Positions 37,781-51,440 of a stretch of DNA of 64,000 bases are shown here, piece by piece. The DNA is taken from the NCBI GenBank assembly GCA_047967505.1, contig CM106538.1; one strand, written 5' to 3'. The position numbers and the translations under genes were made by a program. The notes beneath the pieces were generated by a model. The model was not told where the DNA came from. It saw nothing but the letters and a program-made list of their open reading frames with translations, and did no database searches. The number at the start of each line of letters is the position of its first letter. Position 1 is the stretch's first letter. The stretch is from Dipteris shenzhenensis (taxonomy: Eukaryota).

Positions 37781-38277
37781 CTCACACTTTTCTAATCGAA
37801 TTCGAGACACGTTTTCCAATTTATTTATAAGCCTTTATTTTGGTCCACTATTATACACGGCTGCTTGACCATTTTCCTCCCCGATTAGAGCTTTTCCACA
37901 CTTGGCCCAAGGTAAATCGACTCTCAAGATTGCCCGCCCACCATAAGGTTTGGCGACCTTGAGCGGCCATAGTGTGTAGACGCTCTCAATGAGTCATGCA
38001 CTCAACACGTTTTCCTTTCTTCTTGAACGTCTCTATAGGTTTGAGAGTGGCACTTTTAGCCTTAACCCTAGATGGTGTGCCAGGTCACCAAGGAGGCATG
38101 GCGGGCATTAAGGAGGCACACACCTCTCAAGAGCACAATGACATCTACCTTCCCTGCTCACAGGGTTCCACATTCTCACCTTAGAGCCCCCTAGGCTCTT
38201 TGAGTGTCCAATGTAAGTGGTTCATGTGGTCCATGCATACACATCAAGGTAGCTTTTTATACTTTTTGATAAAAATG

Positions 38278-38280
<3 letters not shown>

Positions 38281-38337
<57 letters not shown>
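38281..38337. repeat. (CT)n microsatellite
   Basis: Seen directly in the sequence. Confidence 0.95.
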
Positions 38338-38341
<4 letters not shown>

Positions 38342-39299
38342 TTGTTGATTCATCCAAGACAAGCTCCAAAAGGAGTCCATGCAAGAAGCATGATCTAAAG
38401 AGCTACATGCCTAAGGCTAACCTCAAGGGCAAATTTACTTTAAAGCCATATACGGCATGCCATTATATTCTATAATAGAGAACCACCATCCATCATTAAC
38501 ATATGTGGGACCATATATTATACAAGGGTGGCACAATCTTTTCACTTCCATACTAATAATTGCAAGTTCTACTTTCATGGAAGTACCCCCACCATCCCCC
38601 CCTCCTCTCCCCCCTGCCCCCCCCGCTCCCTCTTGCCTTCCCCCCCTTCTACAACAAGCATGTTCTTTACCTATTTGTACAATTATCTATTGCCTTCAAC
38701 AATAGATTTCTATCTATCTTGATCGCCTTGCAAAGGAAGATCTCTTATGTACGACCTAATGCTCGCACATAGCTACCATCCATCAAACATTGTCCTCCTA
38801 CCTATGGAATATTATCCTTTATTAAAGCCTTCAATTACATTCCTATTGTTGTTTTTGTAGTTGATCCTATGATATAAGTTAGGAAGTGCATGAATCTGTA
38901 TGTAGGGGCACCCCAATGTTATTTGGCAAACTAGAAGCAATGGAATCACTAAAAGCTAAACAATGTTCAACTATGCAAAATATCACATTATCTATAGCTC
39001 TCTCCTTATAGTAAATGAAGTTGTCCCATGTTCCATGGGAAATCCAAAGAGCTAGCCCATAATTGCTTGCACAAAATTAATGCTTCTTAGTTCTTAGATC
39101 AATTGGGTACTCTACTAAGGTTGGATGATAGACATGTAAGTCCTATTTATGTTACTAATTGACAATTACACCTCAACTCAACTAATAGTTGTGCACTCTA
39201 GCTTATGGGCTTGTGGAACATGTTTCACCATTCACAAAGCTACGTTGTAGTTCCTACATATCATACACTCAAATTTATTTTCCATCATCATATTTGTAG

Positions 39300-39319
39300 T
39301 CTTCATCTTCATCTTCATT

Positions 39320-39352
<33 letters not shown>

Positions 39353-39378
39353 TTGTTCTTCTTGTTCTTGTTCTTCTT
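39300..39378. repeat. Compound (CAT)n / CTTCAT / CTTGTT microsatellite
   Basis: Seen directly in the sequence. Confidence 0.9.
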
Positions 39379-40190
39379 TTCAAAGACTATGCTACTAAAA
39401 TGGCCAAGAAAAAAGGTTATCATGTTATCATTTTTGTAAGAATTGAGGGTTAATATGTAAATGTTATACATTCATACAAGATCAAGGCTATTCGAATAAA
39501 ATTTAGAACCAAAAAAAGGTCACCTTTTATGACATGGATGGGCATAAAGTTAATAATTTGACATTCTAATAGATATGGAAAGAATGAGTGCCTACACTCT
39601 CATGGGACCATTTTACGTGATTCTTTCTTTGGGATCTTATTTCTTCATGTTACATGATGATTTTTTTGAGTTGACATTACATGTCGATGAAAAAAAATAC
39701 AAGGAGCAAGAATAAAATACCGAGTTGTATCATCATATGGAGATTTTGGATAACTTATGTATTTTTTGTTTTATTTTGAGCACCTCCTATGATAAGTGCT
39801 ACATTTAACGCCATGCCATTCACAGAGTAGATGACTTTCAACTCATGATAGTCGAGCATGTAAGTTTGACAGGTGGCCATGCCTTATTAGTTTTTTAGGA
39901 TGATTCAAAATAGTAGCTCCACACTTGCACCTTTGGCCCCTAGTTTTATGCAACCAGATCATTATATCCATAGCAACCATGTGCTATTCTTTAATCCTGC
40001 ATTCTATGATAAAGATTACTCAACTATAGCATACCTTAGACAATGCAATCAATTCTCTTGGTTTTGTTGACACCCTTGTTTGTCACAACCTATGGGTTTG
40101 CATATTCATGAATCTTTACATCTAGATTCTTCAAAAAGTTAGGTTCATAGTCCACATTGAGTTATGACATGTTTAGCCTTAACATGTTTA

Positions 40191-40546
40191 TGTTGAGATA
40201 TCGAGCTCCACTCGCGATATGCCAGGGTGACTGTTGTGCATTTATGTCACCGACTTGTTTAGCTGGAGATGCGGTTGGTACACCACCCACGAATAATAGC
40301 TGGATGACAGCTATCCTTATCTACTCTAGTTTGTGGCTCAGTTAATATGCCACCTTAGTTAGTTGAGTTTGGTTTGAGACCCACATATAGGGTTCTTCTA
40401 TTTTCTTTGTACTAGAGTTCTTTTGGCTTTCACAACTAAGAAGAGAAAAAACTGTTTTCAGCCTCCACCTTTGTGTGTATTCCCCCAATTGTTCATGTGA
40501 GAAAGCTGCAAGTGAGACTCCTTCGCTCTCTCCTACTATCTTCACA
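40191..40546 (+). repeat. 5' LTR, copia family A
   Basis: TG...CA ends, followed by the PBS. Confidence 0.95.
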
Positions 40547-41045
40547 TGGTATCAGAGCCTTGTTTGTGGTAAGGAGCTCAAGAAAGCATGGTAAGAGGAC
40601 CAGTGTTGCTTTCCTATTTCGAGTTTGGGAGCAAATCTCTGCAGGTAGCACAGCCAGAAGTGCAAGAGTGCATTGTCTCAGATTGAGACGCCCTTCGCGG
40701 TGTGGCGAGAGCGCAGTATATGCTGCAAGGTCATTTCTGATTCGAGTCATTTCGGGGCCTGTTTTGGAGACGGAAGTTCTCCGCAGGCACTCAGAAAAAG
40801 GCCCTGTTTTTGCTGTGCGACCACTGTTCTGCGGGTCGGTGAAAAGTTGCCGCAGAAATTGCATCATATGCCTTTGTGCAGAGATATTGGGAGTTGCAGA
40901 TTCATGCTTGTTGCCTGTTGATGCAAAATCGTCACTAGGAAGTGACTGTGTGGTGAAATACCACTTTCGTCAGTTTTGCAGTTCTGCAAGTGTGAGGCAA
41001 AAGCTGTGTTTTTTGCAGTGACAGAATATTTTGCAGTGTTCTGTA

Positions 41046-44000
41046 ATGGCATCTGATTCTCTTTCACAGATTGTCACTGAAAAGCTTGACAAGAACAACT
41101 TCCAGGCATGGAAGTTTAGAATGACGAATTTCTCGATGGGAAAAGGCTATTGGGAGTTCATTACAGGAAATGAAGAAGAACCTGTTCTTCCTAATGTTCC
41201 CAGTCAACAGGAAATGCAGGCATTCAAAGGATGGCATGAGAGAGCCAGGAAAGTTATGTACTCGCTGTCTATCAGTATTTCGGACTCCATGATTGTGCAT
41301 ATTCAGGATGCAAGTACGCCAAAGGAGGCATGGGATACTTTGGCAAAAATGTACAAATACGCAAGCTAGGAAAATGCAGCTCACAATGTGCAGAGAGAAA
41401 ACATGAGCACTACCACATGAAGCAAGAGCTGCACAATGTGCAGAGAGAAAACATGAGCACTACCACATGAAGGTGAAGAAAATTGCAGATGAACTTGCTT
41501 CCATTGGGTCGCCAGTGGATGATGACGATTTGGTTTCTGTGACCTTGAATGGTCTAGGAAAGGATTATGCACAATTCCGGACATCCATTGCTGTCCGTGA
41601 AAAATTTCCAGATTTTGAGGAGTTGATTGCTCTTCTAATTTCTGAAGAGCAGAGAAATGGGGGTGCATCTTCTTCAGCAGGAACTTCAAAAGAAACTGTC
41701 TCTATGCTGGCAGAGGTAGAGGCAGAGGTAGAGGAGGCCGATCTGCAGGCCGTGGTAGAAATCAGAATATGCAGCAAACGCAAGAAAACCAGTCCTATGC
41801 AGGAGGACGTGGTAACTCTAGAGGCAGGGGGAGCCAAAGAGGCCATGGTGGATGGCAGAGAGGCCAAAATGCAAACACCAATGTTGAATGCTACTATTGT
41901 GGCAAAATGGGTCATATGGCTAAGGACTGCTATAAAAAGCATAATGACATTATGACTGGAAAATTGCAGCAAGGCAATTATGCATCTTCTAGTAGGCAGG
42001 GTGATGACAGAGATGAGCATCTATTTATGGTGCAGCATATGACCAATTGTGTGACAAGTGCAGAAGAACGAAATGATGTGTGGTATGTTGACTCAGGTGC
42101 GTCAAACCACATGACAGGTCATGCAGAATGGATGCAAGATGCAAGGAAAATGGAAAAACCAGGATTTGTGGAGACTGGTGATGATACTGTACATCCTATT
42201 GTGCAGATTGGCAAAATTCCTTTGTCTATGCAGGATGGGAAAAAGAAATACTTGTCTGATGTATTTCATGTCCCGAACATCACCAAGAACCTGGTTTCTG
42301 TTGGTCAGATGGTTGAGCAGGGCTTGCAGGTCAGATTTAATCCTCATGGATGCTTTGTTGAGGATATGAAAAATAATGGTCGCTTGATAGCAAAAGGAAA
42401 GAAGAAGGGCAGGATGTTTACGTTGGATGCGGACATGCCTGAATTGAGTGCAGCAATGTTTGCACATGGGACCGGTGTAGTTGCAGATATTGATATCTGG
42501 CACAAACGCATTTGTCATGTTAATATACAGCGACTTAAATCAATGCAAGCCCAAAATATTGTTGCAGGATTGCCTAAATTCAAGGTTGCAGAAATGCACA
42601 AGGTTTGTGAAGCCTGTCAATTTGGGAAACAGGCAAGGAAACCTTTTCCTAGGCATGTTCAAGAGAGTAAAAAGCCATTGGAATTAATCCACTCTAATGT
42701 GTGGACTACTAAAGCTGCATCTATTGGTGGCTGTCACTATTTTGTCACATTTATTGATGACTTCAGCAGAAAACTTTGGGTGTATTTTTTGAAAAAGAAA
42801 AGTGAAGTGTTTGGGCACTTCAAAGCTTTCAAAGCTATGGTTGAAAAAGAAACAGGCCTGCAAATAAAATGCCTAAGGTCAGATGGAGGGGGAGAGTACC
42901 TCTCAAATGAGTTTGCAAGGTTCTTGCAGGAGCATGGTATAAAGCAGCAATATTCATGCAGTCATACCCCACAGCAAAATGGAATTGCAGAAAGGAAAAA
43001 CAGGCATATTGGAGAGGTATCACGGGCTATGCTAAATGAAAAAGATCTACCAGATTAGTATTGGGCTGAAGCAGTTGCTACAGCAGTTTATATAATGAAC
43101 AGGACTCCCACTGCAGCAATACATGGCATGACGCCAGAGGAGATGTATACTGGTAGGAAACCAGATATTTCTCATTTGAAAATTTTTGGTTGCATTGCCT
43201 ATGTCCATGTGCCAGATGAGTTGAGGTCCAAGTTGGATCCAAAAGCTGAGAAGTGCATCTTTATTGGTTATTCTCTACAGCAGAAAGGGTATAGATGCTA
43301 TAACCCTTCTACACGTAAGTTCACAGTGAGCAGAGATGTTGTTTTTGATGAGATGAGTAGCTGGTATAAACCAGTGAATGTGATGATTGATGTAGATGCA
43401 CAAAATGGTAATGCTGCACAGATTTCACAGTGAGCAGAGATGTTGTTTTTGATGAGATGAGTAGCTGGTATAAACCAGTGAATGTGATGATTGATGTAGA
43501 TGCACAAAATGGTAATGCAGCAATCACTAAATATTAGTGGACCTAGAGTGTTCTCTAGCAGTGGTTCACATACTTCGCCATGGACAGGCAGATTGAGATC
43601 AGGAGAATCTCCTCAAAGCAATGCAGAGAGTGGTATGCAGGTATCACGAAAAGGAAAAGAGAAGGTAGATCAGCCCATGTTTGATGTGAATGCAGGTCAC
43701 TCTTATGTGGATGGTGAATCCAGTGGCTCAGAACAGAGCATTGATGATGAGTTGGGTATTCCTTCTGTTGTTACACCTGGAGTAAGGAAGACCAGGGATG
43801 TTTTGAGAGCACCTGGAAGTGAGCGTATTTTGCGCAGGTCTACCAGGGTTAGGTATCCTGTGGATAGGCTGAAATATGATGGATTTACAGCCATTCACTA
43901 TGCCTATATGGTCAAAGTGATACAGGAACCAGAACCCACTTCTTTTGAGCAAGCCATGGGAAATGAAAAATGGGAGAAAGCCATGGATGAAGAAATGGAT

Positions 44001-45509
44001 GCCTTGGATGCTAATGCTACATGGGAATTGGTGCCTTTGCCTAAAGACAAGAATGCAATTGGCTGTAAGTGGGTTTATAAGATCAAGCACAATGCAGATG
44101 GTTCTGTGAATAGATACAAGGAAAGATTAGTTGTCAAGGGGTATGCACAGACATATGGCATTGATTATGAAGAAACTTTCAGTCCGGTTGCAAGGATGGC
44201 AACCATAAGAGCAGCCATTGCTATGGCTGCATCAAAGGGATGGTCTTTACATCAGATGGATGTAAAGAATGCCTTCTTGCATGGTGATTTGCAAGAAGAG
44301 GTCTTTATGGAGCAGCCAGCAGGTTGTGTTCATGCTATTCATCCTGAGTTTGTTTGCAGGTTGAAGAAAGCCTTGTATGGCTTGAAGCAAGCACCTAGAG
44401 CATGGTCTGACAAGATAGGACAGTATCTTGTCACTATTGGCTTTCAGATTTCCAAGGCAGATTTCTCACTCTATGTGAGAAAAACAGAGAAAGGGATTAT
44501 GCTGCTGGTCATTTATGTTGATGATTTGATCATCACAGGTGATAGTGATGAAGATATCCTTCATGTGAAAATGCTATTGAGACAGAAGTTTGAGATGAAG
44601 GATTTGGGAGAGCTGCGTTATTTCTTGGGCATTGAGGTGATTAGATCACCAAGTGGGATACAGCTCTTGCAGAGGCAGTATGGATTGGACATGCTGTCCA
44701 AATATGGGATGACAGGCTGTAAGGCTATTTCAATTCCTTTGGAGCAGAATGTGAAGCTGAGTGCAGATGCAGGTGAGCTTCTGGAAGACCCTACTATGTA
44801 CAGACGCATAGTAGGAAGTTTGATTTACATGACTATTACCAGGCCAGATTTGAGCTATGCTGTTGGGTGGGTAAGTCAGTTTATGCAGGCTCCAAGGAAA
44901 CCGCATTTGGATGCGGCTAGACGCATACTCAGGTATGTGAAGTCCACATTGCAGTATGGACTATTTTATGAGGCGCAGATACAGTTGCATGGATACACTG
45001 ATGCTGATTGGGCTGGTAGTATTTCTGATAGGCGATCTACCAGTGGATATGTGTTCTCTTTTGGGAGTGCTGCAGTCACTTGGAGCAGCAAGAAACAGCC
45101 TACAATTGCCTTGTCGAGCACAGAGGCTGAGTACAGAGGTGCAGCAATGGCTGCATGTGAGGTAGCTTGGTTGCATAAGCTACTCTATGATATGCATCAG
45201 TCTACAGATGGGCCGGTTGTCATTTATTGTGACAACATGAGTAGTATACATTTGGCAAAGAACCCAGCCTTTCATGCCAGAACAAAGCACATTGAGGTGC
45301 ATTATCACTATTTGCGGGAGAAGGTCTTACTAGGTCTTATTGATCTAGTTTATGTCAGCACAGAGGATCAGGTAGCTGACATATTCACGAAAGCATTGGG
45401 CGCAGAGAAGCTGCGCAAGTTCAGAGACCTGCTTGGTGTGCAGGAATTGAGATGTAGCTCGAGGGGGAGTGTTGAGATATCGAGCTCCACTCGCGATATG
45501 CCAGGGTGA
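41046..45509 (+). pseudogene. copia gag-pol (gag, CCHC, protease, integrase, RT, RNase H) with frameshifts and stops
   Basis: MASDSLSQIVTEKLDKNNF, CYYCGKMGHMAKDC, WYVDSGASNHM, IDDFSR..RSDGGGEY, YVDD and DADWAG. Broken by internal duplications and a TAG at 43056-43058. Confidence 0.93.
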
Positions 45510-45817
45510 CTGTTGTGCATTTATGTCACCGAGCTGGAGATGCGGTTGGTACACCACCCACGAATAATAGCTGGATGACAGCTATCCTTATCTACTCTAG
45601 TTTGTGGCTCAGTTAATATGCCACCTTAGTTAGTTGAGTTTGGTTTGAGACTCGCATATAGGGTTCTTCTATTTTCTTTGTACTAGAGTTCTTTTGGCTT
45701 TCACAACTAAGAAGAGAAAAAACTGTTTTCAGCCTCCACCTTTGTGTGTATTCCCCCAATTGTTCATGTGAGAAAGCCGCAAGTGAGACTCCTTCCCTCT
45801 CTCCCACTATCTTCACA
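45470..45817 (+). repeat. 3' LTR, copia family A
   Basis: Differs from the 5' LTR by an 8-bp indel and about 5 substitutions (counted by eye). Confidence 0.95.
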
Positions 45818-46379
45818 GTTTAGGCATGGCTTAGCCATTTACAACACATAGTCTCATTGATTGATCAACTAGTCTTTGATCTAGGAAAGTGTTTCTTTTT
45901 GGCATACTTCCATCTTTCCTTTGTCCTATCTTTTATGGTTTTTTCCCAAAGGATAAGGATGAACTACAACTAGTTGTACTCATTGTATAGATTTTCATTG
46001 TATAGTCACTATGCTCACACATGCACATACTACTTGAAGCTTTTTAGTCTTCCCTTTTCAAATTTTGTTGCTCGCACATGCACTGAACAAAAAAAGATCT
46101 TGTGCATGCACTCTCTACTTATCCAGTTCAATTTAAGATGGGGTCTTAAGGATGGTGCAAATTGCACCATAGATATAGGGCATAGGGTCAAACCCTAGCC
46201 CTAACCCTAAGGGTTTCATGTATGTATTCATCTTATATTCAATAAAACATGTGTACAATCCACTACTTGTGCACTCCACTCTCTCCCCCTAAGCCCCCTA
46301 ACCCTAATTGGGTTCATAAATATATCCATCTTTATGTTCAATACAACATAGTATACAATTAGCTATCTTATGCACTCTA

Positions 46380-49300
46380 CTTGCTTCCCTTGAGCTTGGA
46401 GGAGTAAATGATTTCAACAACATGGTTGATGCTGCACAAAGAGCAGAAAGAAGACTTGGCACTAAGTCAAGGTCCAAAAAACAAAAGAAGAAAAGACATT
46501 TTGACTCTAACATAGATTCTGAAACAGAAACAGATACTGATTGTGAGGAAGAGGAAAGTGATGCAACAGCAGATGGCACATCAGATGAAGAGAGTGATGA
46601 GGAAGAGACCTGCAAGATAAACAAAAGACAAAGCAAGGACAAAGACAAATCAAAAGGCAAGAAGAAAATAGACAAGCTCTCTAAGTTAGAGCAAATGATC
46701 AAAGAACAATTGGAAACTTTGAAAACGCCCCCACTTCCACCTAAAATTTCTTGTGCATTTTGTGGGAAGGACAATCATGAGAAAGAAAGATGTTGGCATA
46801 ACCCAAATTACAGGAAAGGAGTTCCTCCTCATGTACAAAACTCAAATAAACAAGCCCCACTAGTGGCAGCCAATCAGATTGCAATAGGCAACCAAGGACA
46901 ACCAAGATTCAACAATCCACAACAAAGAAGACCCAATCAACAGAATTGGGGGAATCAACAAGGGCAAAACCAAAATCAACCATGCACATACTATGGCAGG
47001 GAAGGACACATACAGGGTCCTCAGTGTGAACTTTGGTGCAAGCATCAAGGAGAAAGAGGAATCCCCATTATCAACTATAATGCACGAGGTAGTCAGAATC
47101 AACAATAGCTACCACCACCAGGTGTTGATATGGTGTATTTGGATCCTATCAATGAGGATTACAATAGACAAACTCAAAGAAGTCAGAGTAATATACAAGC
47201 ACTCGTAGTGACTAGATCTAAAGGTACAAAGCCCATGCCCGCCGGCCTTGGAGATGCACCATGAATGACAACAAAGCCAATGAATTAGCCCAATCAAGCA
47301 CAAGTAAAAAACCAAGCTCTATAGCAGATGCTAGAGAATAATGCAGCAACAAAAGCACAAAGATCACAACTCTACAACAAGGGTAAGGCTAAGCTTGACC
47401 AAGTCCAAACACAGTTCGACATTGTTCCGACAAAAGACATCCGACAGCAAGCTAAAGCTACTCAACTTCAACATGGCAACATACATCAATTTAACAAGAC
47501 CCCAAACACAAAAAGAAGAGTACAATCCTCCCCCAACCAAAAATATATTCCAAAAGATAGACAAGATTTGGTAGCCGACAAGGAAGCAAAACAGTGGACA
47601 ATTCCGATTCTAGACACCATGCTCAACAATAGAAGTCAGATACAACAAAAGAAAAAGCAAAAAAGTGGACAATCAAAGAGGAATAGACAATTCCGATTCT
47701 GGACACCATGCTCAACAATAGAAGTCAGATACAACAAAAGAAAACGTAGGAACAAGAAGATCCCACACTCTTCTTTCAAGAGCTTTTGGAGTCCAAAGTC
47801 CAAATAACATTGGATCAAATCCTGAATCTTGTTCCAGCTTTTAAGCATCAATTATGTCAACATTTGCATTTTACAGACAATCCTCTACCCACAAATCAGC
47901 CACAAAGTGATGATGAAGAGGAAACCCCTGGCATCTACACATCGAGTATTGAAGATGTGGATTATCAAGTCCCACTCATAGATGTGGATTATAAAAGGCA
48001 AAGGATCCCTGAGATACTAGTTAATGGAGGGTTAGGAGTGAATATCCTCTCTAAGGATCTCTTTAAAAAAATTTATTGCAATGAATTTGGTCCAGCACCA
48101 TTTCAGGTCAGAATGGTTGACCAAAGGAGGATAAAACCTCTTGGATTACTACGGGGACAGGAAATTACTATTATGGGACTCTCCTTCATAGGTACATTTG
48201 TGGTACTCAGGATGGAGGAAAGAGATTCGGCATATTCCATGTTATTGGGCAGGCCGTGGTTGAGAGCTGCCAAAGTGAAACAAGAATGGGGTTCAGAAAG
48301 AATCACAATTAGGAAAGGCAAAAAGAAGTTCAAAATCAATCTCTCTTCAAGGAGAAGCTTCCCAAAACAAGCTCACCCACTACAAGCAGAAGGCATTAAT
48401 ATGATAGCAGAATTTGAGGAGGATGAGGAAGAAATTTTCCTTAGGAGAAATCCTTTAGTTTTCCCCATCTTTGAAATTGATGTAATCAAAATTTTTGATC
48501 AGTATACATGCTCAAATCAACAAACAGAGCCATTCTACCTACATCCGACCATGGTAGAACAGCACACAGTTGGAAAACAGTCGAAACTAGATCGTATCAG
48601 CATCAACATCCAAAGTGACAAGCAAGCCCCGCCAGATGACCCACTACATGAGGATACTCGGAAATCAGATGCACAGACCATCCTATAGTCCACACATATT
48701 CTGAGTTTTCCATTCTTTTTGGGCAAATTCACAATAGGTGAAATCCATGTAACATGTGTGAGAGGATAAATGAAACCAAATCTCAATAGCTTATCAATTT
48801 CCTCTTTATCTTGTTTGGCATAGTTGGGATTCATTCTATATCTTCCCTGTATCACTGGCATAGCATCTTGCTTGAGGTTGATTTTGTGGTGACAAAACTT
48901 GGAGTCTACTCCTTTCATATCAGTATAATGCCAAGAAAAGACATCATTATACTCTGTCAATAAGTCTTTTAAAGCCATTTTGAAAGGTGGAGGAAGACAA
49001 GTACTTACCAAACATGTCTTGGGGTTGTGGGGGTCTCCAAGGTTCATTTCCTCCAAGTCATCTTGTTGGACTCTAGCACTCTGTGCATATGTTCTTCAAA
49101 GTGAGTTTCAGCTTCGCTCAATGCTACCACCATTACTGATCCTTTCCCTCTACCATTTTGTGATTCTTTACTTGATACTATAGCAGGACATGAAATCTAT
49201 AGATGGTTTTGGTGGGTACAGCTAGATCAGAATGGCACCTGAAGATAAAGACAAGACAACATTTGTCACTGAATGGGGAGTGTTTGCTTCAAATGTTATG

Positions 49301-51440
49301 ACATTTGGTCTTAAGAATGCTCCTCCAACATTTCAAAAATACATTCAAGAGGTGTTTACTGAATATCTTACATCTTTTATGAAAGTTTTCCTTGATGATT
49401 TTTCAATATTTGGAAAGAAAGTGGAGCATCTACAACACTTGAGCTTATGCTTTGCCAAGTGTAGAATGGCCGGTCTACCCAGCCAAATGTGCATTTGCTG
49501 TAAGTAGAGGAATTCTACTAGGGCACATCGTCTCCCAAGATGGAATGGAAATAGATCCAAACAAAGTTTCAGCCATTCAACATGCTCAACCACCCAAAAA
49601 TATCAAGTAGCTTCAAAGATTTATAGGCCAAATTAAATGGCACTATAGATTTCTCAGATACCTTACTGACATATGCTATCCTCTCACCAAAGTGACACGG
49701 GAAATAGAGCCATACATTTGGGGTGATGCTTAGCAATATGTTTTTAATATGCTGAAGAAAATGTTGATGATAGCTCCTATACTACAACCACCTGAATGGA
49801 CTCTTCCCTTTGAGGTTTTTGTTGATGCTTCTGATGCAGCAATAGGTGCAGTACTTATGCAGCAAAGAACATCATAGTGGTTCAGACAAGTTTACCATGC
49901 CAATAGAATATTAACTAAGCATGAGAGAAACAATGCAGTCACAGAAGGAGAAGCACTTGGAATGATCTATGCATTGCACAAATTCAAACATTATTTATTG
50001 GGAAACAAGGTACATTTCCATGTGGATCATCAAGCTCTCATTTATTTAGTCAACAAACTGCAATTAACAAGAAGATTGGCCAGATGGATGCTTTTGTTGC
50101 AGGACTTTGACTATAGCATTGTGGATAGTAGAAAACAACATGCCATTGCTGATTACTTGAGCAGGTTACTATCAGGAGAAGCTCCAACTGGCATTCTAAA
50201 TGAACTCCTAATGCAAGCACTTGTATGGCAAGAACTGAAGGGCCACCTAATTCGTATGATAAAATGCTTTTCTCCCTCACTGGTTTAATTCTCGGAAACA
50301 TTATCTAGGGATTAGAGACAAAAACTTGTTTTATAGAGCTAACCTTTCCTAGTCATTGCTGGTGTTTTGTATAGAAAAGAAATCGACCAAGTAATCAGAA
50401 GATATGTCCAAGATCATGAGCAAAAAGCTGTCCTAGCTGAAGCCCATGGAGGACCAGTAGGAGGACACTTTTCTCGAGACATTACAGGTAAGAAGATTTT
50501 GCAAGCTAGTTTATGGTGGCCTACAATTCTAAAAGATGCTCATAATTGGGCCAAAGCATGTTTGCCATGTCAAAGAGATGATAGACCACTTGATAGTGAT
50601 AGGATGCCCCATCAGCCAATCCTCCCATTGGGACCTTTTCAGAAATGGGGACTAGATTTCATTGGACCCAATCAAGCCTCCAGCAAAATTTTTAGGTAAT
50701 CAATATATATTGGGTGCCACTAACTATTGTACAAAATGGGTTGAAGCTGTAGCACTTAAAACATGCAAAGCTGAAACTATAGCACATTTCCTTTATCATA
50801 ATATTGTCACAAGATTTGCTGTTCCTATTGAAATAGTGTTAGACAGAGGAACACATTTCCAAACAAAACTATCAGGAATATGACTAAGATGCACATGATG
50901 TTGCATAAAAAATCTACAACCTATTATCCACAAGCCAATGGACAAGCTGAGAGTTCCAATAAGCTAATGAAAAAGGTCTACAGAAGAACAATTGTTGATC
51001 ACCACCATGAGGATTGGGATTAGCACTTGGATTCAGTGCTATGTGCACTCAAAACGACACACAAGGTTGCAACATTGGTATATGGATGTGAAGCAGTAGT
51101 ACCTATGGAATTTCTGGCAGGTAGCCTGAGAGTGGCAATAGATAATAAATTATCTCCAAAAGATTCAATCAATGCAAGATTAGAGCAAATTCTGCAATTG
51201 AATGAGGACAGGCTTACAAGTTCACATACTACTGAGATAATTCAGAAAAAGAGGGCACCATGGATTTAAAAAAACATAAAGTTCAAATTGTTCAAAAAAG
51301 GTGAATAGTGTTAATGTTTAACACAAAGTTGGGGAAAATACCAAGAAAGTTCAAGCTCAGATATGATGGCCTCTTCAAGGTACTTGAGGTTTTTGAGCAA
51401 GGTACCTTCAAATTGGCTGACCTACATGGGAACGTATCCT
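46380..51440 (+). mobile_element. Degenerate Ty3/gypsy internal region (gag, PR, RT, RNase H, IN); LTRs not identified
   Basis: CAFCGKDNHEKERC, ILVNGGLGVNI..LLGRPWL, KLRICVDYR (inverted), DKDKTTF..FGLKNAP..FLDD, FVDASD, GGHF..C..C and KWGLDFIGP. The order RT-RH-IN is gypsy. Confidence 0.92.

Larger units (their letters stand above)
40191..45817 (+). mobile_element. Full-length Ty1/copia LTR retrotransposon, family A (defective)
   Basis: 5' LTR 40191-40546, PBS TGGTATCAGAGC 40547-40558, PPT 45461-45469, 3' LTR 45470-45817. TSD GTTTA at 40186-40190 and 45818-45822. Confidence 0.98.

Noticed and set aside
48683-49183. CTATAG palindromes as the inversion breakpoints
   Set aside because: The plus-strand RT frame already resumes at about 49116 (LNATTITDPFPLPF), so the second CTATAG lies outside the inversion.
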